A stretch of 50,979 nt of DNA, from the NCBI GenBank assembly GCA_016926065.1, contig JAFGPI010000152.1, forward strand, positions 1 to 50,979, in the 5' to 3' direction. The notes below the pieces were generated by a model. The model had not been told where the DNA came from. It saw only the letters and a list, made by a program, of their open reading frames with translations, and did no database searches. Below, piece after piece: positions 9,220 to 17,389 of the stretch. Numbering within the stretch: the stretch's first letter is position 1; each line of letters starts with the position of its first letter. A program made the position numbers and the translations under genes. Source of the DNA: Candidatus Krumholzibacteriota bacterium (GTDB taxonomy: Bacteria > Krumholzibacteriota > Krumholzibacteriia > Krumholzibacteriales > Krumholzibacteriaceae).

Positions 9220-9432
9220 TCCAGAATATCCTCCGGAAAAAATAAATCCTCCCGTTCACCCGGGACATGGCCCGCCCCCGCCCCGCCCCGGAGCGGAGGA
9301 GAGCCGTCGGCCCGGGGAACTTGCCGGAGGGAACCGGATCACTGCATATCCTCCCTTCTTCCCCCGGCCTTCCCCCGCAGAAATTACTACCCGCGGATAT
9401 TCCCCCGGGTATCGCGGAGGCAAGATTAAAAG

Positions 9433-9459
9433 TAAAGATTTGCCTGTTTCTTCCGAACA
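9433..9459 (+). promoter_or_regulatory. Candidate sigma28 (FliA) promoter
   Basis: TAAAGATT-N11-TCCGAACA versus consensus TAAAGTTT-N11-GCCGATAA. Confidence 0.45.
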
Positions 9460-9507
9460 TAATAGGTGCAGTTCCTCAGGCCGGGTATACGAGGAGAGAC
9501 CGAATAG

Positions 9508-9807
9508 ATGGAAATAATCTTTCTGTATAACAGACTTTACGCTCTGAGCAAAAAGCAGTTGGCGGCGGTGCGGAGCAATGATTTTGATTTGATGGACGAG
9601 CTTACCGCCAGGCGCGAGGCCTTGACCGCCGAAATCTGCCAGATCCTGGACGCCGAGGGAGTGGATCTGAAAAGCAAGATGTCGCATAGAAAAACCCAGG
9701 AGATTACCGGACAGATCCTGGAGATCGATCATGCCATCAAGGAAGCCTTGCTGGACGAGCTCCTCCACCGCACCCGGCAATTATCCCGCCTGAAATTGAT
9801 AGAATAG
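9508..9807 (+). CDS. FliT-like small helical protein
   Basis: LYALSKKQLAAVRSNDFDLMDELTARREAL resembles the FliT N-terminal helices; GAGGAG RBS. Confidence 0.55.
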   Translation: MEIIFLYNRLYALSKKQLAAVRSNDFDLMDELTARREALTAEICQILDAEGVDLKSKMSHRKTQEITGQILEIDHAIKEALLDELLHRTRQLSRLKLIE

Positions 9808-9919
9808 CGGCCGCCTGAGGGGAAAAACCACTTCCGGCTTTTATCTTGCAGGATTCCTCCAGTTATGGTAGTAATCCCCATTATCGGATAAATTCCCCCG
9901 GATTCCTGGAGATGGAGGA

Positions 9920-12001
9920 GTGAGGGTGAAATATAAGGGTTCGATTCTGATAGTGGACGATGAAAAATCGGTACTGGAGATAATGGATCAGTATCTTTCC
10001 GAGTACGGCTATCAGGTGGTTACCGTCCTCTGCGGCCGGGAGGCCCTGGATCTCCTGGATAACCGCGAATTCGACGCTGCGTTGATCGATCTTAAGCTTC
10101 CCGATTTCAGCGGACTGGAATTGATAAAGAAATGCAATAAGTTATGCCCCGGAATGAAATGTATCGTGATGACCGCCTTCGCCTCCCAGGAATCTACCAT
10201 AGAGGCCCTGCGGATGAATGTATTTGATTATATTTTAAAGCCTTTCGATCTGGTTAAGATTGCCGAGGTGATCGACGCGGCGGTCAGCCACCAGCTGCTC
10301 ATTAGGGAAAACACCAATATTATCAGGCGCCTGGAGGAAGCCAACAAGAGACTGGAGAAAAGCAAGAGCGATTTGAACAAGCGCATTCTAAAAACCAACG
10401 TGGAACTGGAGAAGGCGAACGAATCGCTTAAACGGCATGTCACCCGGCTTAAAATCCTCTTTCAGATGGGGAGGGACATCAGCAGCAATGAAAACTGGAG
10501 TGATGCCCTGGATAGATTTCTTATGGCCATCTGCCAGTATCTTGATGCCGACGGCACGGCCCTGCTAATGTTCAGCGACGGGGGCCGGATTCTCCAGGTG
10601 CGCACATCATACAATCTGGAGGAGGCGGCTCTGGGAGAAGCGGTGGACACTATACTGGAGATACAGCGGAAGGACAACCTGCAGCACGAGATGTTCAGCC
10701 TGGAAAGCTGCGTTCAGGGGCGGCCGGTGGCCTGTCTGAATATGAGGAAAAAATGGAACAATACCGTTATTCCCCTACTGTACAAGGGAAGGTGGCTGGG
10801 ATTTCTGATCATCCAGAAAAATTACCGGTCCCGGGGAGCCTACCTGAACGATTACCATTTTATCAACACCATTCAGACAATTCTGACCGAAGAGGTGGCC
10901 AATGCCGTAAACATAAGCCGCCTGCGCAACCTCAAGGATTTCAACGCCACCATTCTGGAGAATATCAACAGTGGAGTGTTGAAGACGGACCGGTCGGGGA
11001 ATGTGGTGTTTGTCAACGGCCGGGCCAAGGAGATACTGGGGAGCGACACGGATAGCCAGCATTTTAACGATCTGTTTGAGAATCCATTCGGAAACGACGG
11101 CCTGTTTGAGTATTTAATAGCCCGGGGAGAAAAGAATTGTTCCCTGGAAGGAATTCTCTCCCTCCGGGGAAAAAAACGGGTCCCGGTAAGGGTGAATTCG
11201 ACCGTGGTGGAAATGGATGAGTATCAGGGACCCGCTATAGTGGCCGTGTTCGAGGACCTGACCGATCAGAAGAGAATGGAAGAGGAGCTAAGAAGGGCGG
11301 ACCGGCTGCGCTCCCTGGGTGAACTTTCCGCCGGGGTCGCTCATGAAATAAGAAATCCTTTGACCGGAATCGCCACCACCGCCCAGGTGCTGAAGGAGCA
11401 ATTGCACGGCGAAGCGGAAAAGATCAAGTATCTCACGGTAATCCTGGATGAGATCAAGCGCCTGGATGATATTATCAGAAATCTGCTCGGTTTCGCCCGA
11501 CCCGTGTCCCCGCGGCCGGTGGAGGTGTCCCTGACCGGCATTATCGAGGAAACCATGAATCTGCTTATCGACCGGGCCCGGGAGCGGCGGGTATCGATGC
11601 ATTTCGAAAACGATCTGGAGAACGACCGCTGTTTCCTGGATGGGGATCAAATGAAACAGGTAATATTAAATATTGCCACCAACGGCATTGAAGCCTGCGC
11701 GGACGGGGGTGCACTGACGATTTATTCAACCGCCTCAACCGATCCCGCCTGCGTCCGGATCGAATTTTTAGATGACGGCGAGGGTGTCCCGGAAGAGGTG
11801 GCCGATAAATTGTACAATCCATTTTTCACCACCCGCCCGGAAGGCACGGGATTGGGTCTTTCCATTTCCCGTAAGATAGTGGAGAGCCATGGAGGGAGGA
11901 TTTTCCATAGAGAAGGAGAATCCAGGGGAACCAGGTTTATAATCGAAATCCCCAGAAAAATAGTGGCCCCCTCAACGAAAGAGACGGCGAGGGTCTCCTG
12001 A
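9920..12001 (+). CDS. Hybrid sensor kinase: REC, coiled coil, GAF-like, PAS, HisKA, HATPase
   Basis: ILIVDDE and DLKLPD (REC); AHEIRNPL H-box; DDGEG, FFTT, GTGLGL. Confidence 0.92.
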   Translation: MRVKYKGSILIVDDEKSVLEIMDQYLSEYGYQVVTVLCGREALDLLDNREFDAALIDLKLPDFSGLELIKKCNKLCPGMKCIVMTAFASQESTIEALRMNVFDYILKPFDLVKIAEVIDAAVSHQLLIRENTNIIRRLEEANKRLEKSKSDLNKRILKTNVELEKANESLKRHVTRLKILFQMGRDISSNENWSDALDRFLMAICQYLDADGTALLMFSDGGRILQVRTSYNLEEAALGEAVDTILEIQRKDNLQHEMFSLESCVQGRPVACLNMRKKWNNTVIPLLYKGRWLGFLIIQKNYRSRGAYLNDYHFINTIQTILTEEVANAVNISRLRNLKDFNATILENINSGVLKTDRSGNVVFVNGRAKEILGSDTDSQHFNDLFENPFGNDGLFEYLIARGEKNCSLEGILSLRGKKRVPVRVNSTVVEMDEYQGPAIVAVFEDLTDQKRMEEELRRADRLRSLGELSAGVAHEIRNPLTGIATTAQVLKEQLHGEAEKIKYLTVILDEIKRLDDIIRNLLGFARPVSPRPVEVSLTGIIEETMNLLIDRARERRVSMHFENDLENDRCFLDGDQMKQVILNIATNGIEACADGGALTIYSTASTDPACVRIEFLDDGEGVPEEVADKLYNPFFTTRPEGTGLGLSISRKIVESHGGRIFHREGESRGTRFIIEIPRKIVAPSTKETARVS

Positions 12002-12013
12002 AAGGGTAACGTT

Positions 12014-13381
12014 ATGTCCGGCAAAGTACTTATCATTGACGATGAGAAGGCGATAAGATGGTCTTTGGGCGAGGCCCTGAAGAACCAAGGTTATGATGTG
12101 GAGGAAGCGGATAAAGGGAAAAAGGGCATCAAGCTCTTCATGGAAGATCCCGCGGATATCGTGATACTGGATTTGAAGCTTCCGGATAGCAGCGGAATTG
12201 AAGTGTTGAAAGTGTTGCGGGAAGAGGATCCCGAATTGCCGGTAGTGATGATGACCGCCTACGGAGAGGTGGAGACCGCGGTGGAGGCCATCAAGAACGG
12301 CGCCTATGATTTTCTGCTGAAGCCTTTTCAGCTGGAAAAGATGAAAGTGACCTTGATGCACGCTCTGGAAAACCGGAGGCTGAAGAGCGAGCTCAAGGAT
12401 ATCCGGGAAAAGGAGCGGCAGACGCACGACTTCAAGAACATCTTGGGCAAAAGCAAGTTGATGCAGGAGGTGTTCAGAAAGGTCAAGAAAATCGGTGAAA
12501 GCAAGGCCAGCACGATCCTGATTCAAGGGGAGAGCGGTACCGGCAAGGAACTGGTGGCCCGCGCCATACACGACAGTTCCCGGGGAGGGGAAATCCGTCC
12601 CTTTCTGGAGATCAACTGCGCCGCGCTTCCGGAAACCCTGCTGGAAAGCGAACTCTTCGGGCACGAAAAGGGGGCCTTCACGGACGCCAAATTCCGGAAA
12701 AAGGGCCTCTTCGAGCTTTCCGAGGGAGGAACCATATTTCTTGATGAGATCGGAGAAATGGGGGTAACCCTGCAAAGTCGCTTGCTTCGGGTGCTGGAGA
12801 ATAAAACCTTCCGCAGGGTGGGGGGGGTAAAGGATCTGCGGGTGAATACGCGGATCGTGGCGGCCACCAACCGGGATCTCAAACAGGCCATCAAGGAAGG
12901 CTCTTTTAGAAACGATCTGTACTATCGTCTGCAGGTAATCCCGATATACCTTCCACCGCTGCGGGACAGAAAAGAGGATATATCCCTGTTGGCGAACTAC
13001 TTTATCGATGTTTTCAATAAGGAATTCAAGAAGAAGGTCAAAAAGATTGGCCCGGAGGTCACCCGGCACCTCCAGGATTACTCCTGGCCGGGAAACGTGC
13101 GGGAGCTGAAAAACGCCATCGAACGCGCCATCCTGCTGGAGGCGGAGGATGAATTGCTGCCGGAACAGTTACTGTTGACCTACGAGCACGAAAGCCCGGG
13201 TGATAGCGGTTCGGCAAATCTAAGTTTGAACGAATTGTACCCCATGAGCATAAAGGATATGGAGAAGGTGCTGATCTGCAAGACCCTGGATGAAACCGGG
13301 GGAAACAAATCCCGGGCCGCCCGTATTCTGGGAATCAGCCGCCAGACCTTAAGGGAAAAAACGAAATTGTACAGCATGTAG
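12014..13381 (+). CDS. sigma54-dependent response regulator (NtrC/AtoC family)
   Basis: REC domain; GESGTGKE; GAFTDA; FLDEIGE; WPGNVREL; Fis-type HTH. Confidence 0.95.
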   Translation: MSGKVLIIDDEKAIRWSLGEALKNQGYDVEEADKGKKGIKLFMEDPADIVILDLKLPDSSGIEVLKVLREEDPELPVVMMTAYGEVETAVEAIKNGAYDFLLKPFQLEKMKVTLMHALENRRLKSELKDIREKERQTHDFKNILGKSKLMQEVFRKVKKIGESKASTILIQGESGTGKELVARAIHDSSRGGEIRPFLEINCAALPETLLESELFGHEKGAFTDAKFRKKGLFELSEGGTIFLDEIGEMGVTLQSRLLRVLENKTFRRVGGVKDLRVNTRIVAATNRDLKQAIKEGSFRNDLYYRLQVIPIYLPPLRDRKEDISLLANYFIDVFNKEFKKKVKKIGPEVTRHLQDYSWPGNVRELKNAIERAILLEAEDELLPEQLLLTYEHESPGDSGSANLSLNELYPMSIKDMEKVLICKTLDETGGNKSRAARILGISRQTLREKTKLYSM

Positions 13382-13702
13382 GTTTCGCCTCGCCGTCCAG
13401 CTTATAGTGAACCGGTTTTTATTTCCGACTGGTGAATTTTCTTACAATTTATTTATTCCCTCTCCCTGCCCGGCAGGATAATATTTCCTTTACCCTCCGC
13501 GGGGAGGGAAAATATTTCTCGCTTCAATCCGATAAGCGGCTTAAATAACTGAAATTAGGAAAATGTTGCCATCCCGCTGGGGGAAAAACATTCCCCCCGG
13601 CATACAATTTGCGGCTGGTCCGGGTACGGTCAGTGAGAAAAAATTTCCGCAGCAGAGACCTAGAGTGAAACTGGACATTTCGGCTGGCAAGGAGGATGGG
13701 AA

Positions 13703-14458
13703 ATGCCGTCTCTTTCTGGTAAAGCATCGATTCCTGAAAATCGAGCGACGAAGGTTATATCAGAATTAAGAGATAAGTTCACGGATTTCAAGGCGGCCGG
13801 CAAGCTTGATGATCTGGATAGATTGTTATCCTTGATGATTCACCAGATAAGAAATCACTGCATGAGCGTCAAGGGATACGCTTCCCTGCTGAAATATGAG
13901 GATAATTTCAGCGAAAAGGGAAAGAAATATCTCTCCAGTATCAGCCGCGGCATATGCAGCCTGGAGGGTTTTTTGGATGAATTTGATAATTACCGGCTGG
14001 CCAAGAAATGCCGTGAGGAGGAGCTCGATTTTGTTCTATTGACCAAGGGGGCATGGAAATTTTTGTTGGAAATGCAGGGCCTGGAAGCGGTCGCCGCCGA
14101 ACTGGAAATCGAGGTGCGGGGTCCGGTCAAGGTCAAGGGAGACAAGAACGATTTCAGAAAGATGATGTTTCACCTGCTCAAGAATTCTCTGGAAGCCTCC
14201 GGCGGCGAAGGAAAAATTCAGGTAACCTTCGAGGCCGGGCAGGATGAAGACCGGTGGAGGATAGAGATTCAGGACAACGGCACGGGTATGGACGCAGAGG
14301 AACTGGCCCAAGCCGGTGAAATACTCTACAGCACCAAGCATTCGCATATCGGTTGCGGCTTGAACCTGGTTTCCGCGGTGGCCACCCGGATGGGGGCCAC
14401 GGTGGAGATTAAATCTAAACGCGGAGTGGGCAGTATTGTCAGAATCATTAAGAAATAG
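13703..14458 (+). CDS. Histidine kinase with no recognisable sensor domain
   Basis: HQIRN H-box, LLKNSLEA N-box, DNGTGM G1, GCGL G2; very short N-terminus with no TM. Confidence 0.8.
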   Translation: MPSLSGKASIPENRATKVISELRDKFTDFKAAGKLDDLDRLLSLMIHQIRNHCMSVKGYASLLKYEDNFSEKGKKYLSSISRGICSLEGFLDEFDNYRLAKKCREEELDFVLLTKGAWKFLLEMQGLEAVAAELEIEVRGPVKVKGDKNDFRKMMFHLLKNSLEASGGEGKIQVTFEAGQDEDRWRIEIQDNGTGMDAEELAQAGEILYSTKHSHIGCGLNLVSAVATRMGATVEIKSKRGVGSIVRIIKK

Positions 14459-14498
14459 TTCCGGTTTGGAACGAGAATCTAGCGGGGGGACCAAGAAC

Positions 14499-15872
14499 AT
14501 GGAAAAAAGGATCCTGGTGGTTGACGATCAGAAGGTGACGAGAGAATTTCTTATCGACGCCCTTTCACCACAGTACGTAATCGATGAGGCCGAGGACATG
14601 GCCGCGGCCCTGCAACAGCTGGAGCAAAATACCTACGACCTGATTTTGACCGATGTGCGGATGAACGACCGGGAGGAGGGACTGGAACTTCTGAAATCGG
14701 TCAAAAATAAAGATCGGGAAGTTATAATAATCGTCATGACCGGCTATTCTTCCGTGGAACAGGCCACCGAGGCGATGCGGATCGGGGCTTTTGACTATGT
14801 AGAAAAACCGTTTACCCTGGATGAGATCAAGATCAAGTTGAGGAACGCGTTTGCCCTGTCCGCCCTGAAATTGGAAAACCGCAACCTCAAAAGGAGGCTG
14901 AATATCAGCCGGGGGAAGGAGATCATCGGTTGTTCCGAGAAATTAAAAAAGATACTGGCCACCGTGGACCTCATCGCGGACACCAAGGCCACCGTCCTGA
15001 TCACCGGTGAGAACGGAACCGGAAAAGAGTTGGTGGCCCGGCGGGTGCACAATTTTAGCGGCAGGCGGGACAAACCGTTCGTAAAGGTGAATTGCGCCGC
15101 CATCCCGGAAGGAACTCTGGAAAGCGAATTGTTCGGACACGAAAAAGGATCGTTCACCTCCGCCCACCGGTGGCATCCGGGAAAGTTCGAGCAGGCCGAT
15201 AAAGGCACCTTGCTGCTGGACGAGATCGGGGAGATACCCCCGCATATCCAGGCCAAGCTGCTGCGGGTACTCCAGGAAAGGGAGATAGACAGAGTGGGCG
15301 GAAGAAAACCGATCTCGGTGGATGTGAGAATTATATCCACCACCAACAAGAATCTTCTGAGCGAGATCAGGGAGGGAAAATTCAGGGAAGATCTATTCTA
15401 CCGCCTCAACGTGGTAAACATCGAGGTACCGCCACTCCGGGAACGGCGGGATGATATAATTCTTTTGGCCGATCATTTTATCCAGATATATTGCGAGGAA
15501 AATGATAAACCCCTCAAAAAACTGAGCGGTGGCGCGCTGAAAAAAATGCAAGCCGGTATCTGGAGAGGCAATATCCGGGAGCTGGAGAATTGCATCGAAA
15601 GAGCGGTGATTCTGTGCCGGGAGGATGTGATCTCGGAGGAATATTTCAATTTCGATGAGAACACGCTGAGCGCCACCTCGAGGGTGGAAGAGATACTCAA
15701 TTGCTGCACCATCGCCAAGGCCGAAAGGCTGATGATCGAGGAGAGACTGCGAAAGTACAACAGCAACCGGACCAAGGCCGCCCAGGATCTGGGCATCAGT
15801 GTCAGAACCTTGAGAAATAAGCTTAAATTGTACAAGGAATTGGATGTGGAGAGCGCAGTATTATCTCTGTAG
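14499..15872 (+). CDS. sigma54-dependent response regulator, FlbD/FleR/FlgR-like
   Basis: REC domain from ATG 14499; GENGTGKE; GSFTSA; HTH GISVRTLRNKL. Confidence 0.9.
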   Translation: MEKRILVVDDQKVTREFLIDALSPQYVIDEAEDMAAALQQLEQNTYDLILTDVRMNDREEGLELLKSVKNKDREVIIIVMTGYSSVEQATEAMRIGAFDYVEKPFTLDEIKIKLRNAFALSALKLENRNLKRRLNISRGKEIIGCSEKLKKILATVDLIADTKATVLITGENGTGKELVARRVHNFSGRRDKPFVKVNCAAIPEGTLESELFGHEKGSFTSAHRWHPGKFEQADKGTLLLDEIGEIPPHIQAKLLRVLQEREIDRVGGRKPISVDVRIISTTNKNLLSEIREGKFREDLFYRLNVVNIEVPPLRERRDDIILLADHFIQIYCEENDKPLKKLSGGALKKMQAGIWRGNIRELENCIERAVILCREDVISEEYFNFDENTLSATSRVEEILNCCTIAKAERLMIEERLRKYNSNRTKAAQDLGISVRTLRNKLKLYKELDVESAVLSL

Positions 15873-15972
15873 AGGGAATCTTTTTCCCACAGGCGGCGGT
15901 GCGGAGATAAAAAACATATCGTGCCGAAACCGCAACACGCTGTAATCTGGCACCTTACGTGTTGCCCCCCAA

Positions 15973-15987
15973 TGGCATAAAAAATGC
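15973..15987 (+). promoter_or_regulatory. sigma54 -24/-12 promoter upstream of fliA
   Basis: TGGCATAAAAAATGC: GG-N10-GC. Confidence 0.6.
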
Positions 15988-16002
15988 GGTGGGGCAGACA
16001 AC

Positions 16003-16890
16003 ATGAGATTTATAAATACTAAAAAAGAAAAAAGCGCGGATCGAAGCGAAATCTGGGAATCGTATAAAAAGGACGAAAGCGAAAAGTCCCGCGAGACCCT
16101 GATCATGGAATACCTCCACTTGGTGAAGTATGCCGCGGGCAGGGTGGCGGTAAGCCTCCCCAACTACATCGAGATCGACGATCTTTTCGCGGCGGGATTG
16201 CTGGGATTGATTCAGGCCATCGAAAAGTACGACATGACCCGGATGACCAAGTTCGAGACCTACGCCATTCCCCGGATTCGCGGGGCGATGCTGGACGAAC
16301 TCCGGAATCAGGATTGGTTCCCCCGGTCGATAAGGCACAAGGCGAAGCTGCTGGAGAGCGTGCTGGCTGATCTGGAAATGAAACTGGGAAGACCGGCCAC
16401 CGATCTGGACGTGGTCAAGCACCTCAAGATATCGATGGAGGAATACTACAAGTTGCTTAACGATGTGTCGCTGACTTCACTGATCAGCCTGGACCAGGGA
16501 ATTTCTTCGGTTCAGGAAGGTCTCTATTCGGTGATTGGGAATTCCCTCCCCCACGCGAACGCGGTGGATCCCTACGAGAAACTGGAAGAAAAGGAACTTC
16601 TGGAAATCGTAAAGGAAACCCTTACCGGGCTGCCGGAAAAAGAACGCTTGGTCATGACCCTTTACTATTACGAGGAACTTACCTTAAAGGAAATCGGCAA
16701 GATCCTGCAAGTTTCGGAATCGAGGGTTTGTCAGATTCACACCAAGGCCATGCTGAGATTAAAAGGCCGGATCAACCGGATGATGAGTGGGATGACGGAG
16801 AAAGCGGCCCCCGCCGAGAGTGCTTCCGCACCCCAGGCAACGAAAGAAAAGAAAAAAGCTCCCCCGGAAAAATTAAAATTGGTCAAGTGA
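16003..16890 (+). CDS. fliA: RNA polymerase sigma factor, FliA/WhiG (sigma28) family
   Basis: FETYAIPRIRGAMLDELR-DW-PRS; LYYYEELTLKEIG; VSESRVCQIH. Confidence 0.92.
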   Translation: MRFINTKKEKSADRSEIWESYKKDESEKSRETLIMEYLHLVKYAAGRVAVSLPNYIEIDDLFAAGLLGLIQAIEKYDMTRMTKFETYAIPRIRGAMLDELRNQDWFPRSIRHKAKLLESVLADLEMKLGRPATDLDVVKHLKISMEEYYKLLNDVSLTSLISLDQGISSVQEGLYSVIGNSLPHANAVDPYEKLEEKELLEIVKETLTGLPEKERLVMTLYYYEELTLKEIGKILQVSESRVCQIHTKAMLRLKGRINRMMSGMTEKAAPAESASAPQATKEKKKAPPEKLKLVK

Positions 16891-17237
16891 TGCGGATACT
16901 GGTAGTCGACGACAACGAAGAAATCTGTGAATTCATGAAAGATCTTCTGGAGCTGCATGATTGTGAGGTCATTACCTCACTATCCGGAGAACAGGCCCTG
17001 GAGAAGGTGAAGGAGCGAGTAATCGATTTCGCCTTTCTGGACATCATGCTTCCCGGCATGGACGGGGTGGAGACCATGCGGAAGCTTCAGTCCCGCTATC
17101 CGGAATGCGGTTATATCCTTATGAGTGGCGTACAGCCCCAGATCAGGGTGGAAGAGGGCCTCGCCGGGGGAGCGCTAAGCTTCCTGCGCAAACCTTTTCA
17201 GATATCGGATGTTCTGGAAGCTCTTGAAAAATATTGA
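16890..17237 (+). CDS. Single-domain response regulator
   Basis: ATG overlaps the fliA stop; MRILVVDDN, DIMLPGMDG, KPF. Confidence 0.88.
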   Translation: MRILVVDDNEEICEFMKDLLELHDCEVITSLSGEQALEKVKERVIDFAFLDIMLPGMDGVETMRKLQSRYPECGYILMSGVQPQIRVEEGLAGGALSFLRKPFQISDVLEALEKY

Positions 17238-17350
17238 CACCTCGCGAAAAACCCGCCCGCCGGCATGACTCGTTTCCGCCAATACGCCGCCTGTAGCCTG
17301 ACCCCCGGCGAATCCTCCGCACAAAAGCCGCGAAGGCATTAAAACACGTG

Positions 17351-17380
17351 TTGACAAGTATATAGATTCATGGGTACATT
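17351..17380 (+). promoter_or_regulatory. sigma70-like promoter overlapped by palindrome AACACGTGTT (17343-17352)
   Basis: TTGACA-18 nt-TACATT. Confidence 0.5.
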
Positions 17381-17389
17381 ATATTCCAG

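Noticed and set aside
9220-9420. GC-rich inverted repeats between the PilZ and FliT-like genes (similar ones at 48190-48330 and 49270-49370)
   Set aside because: Stems are expected at this GC content; no repeated unit or recognisable RNA motif
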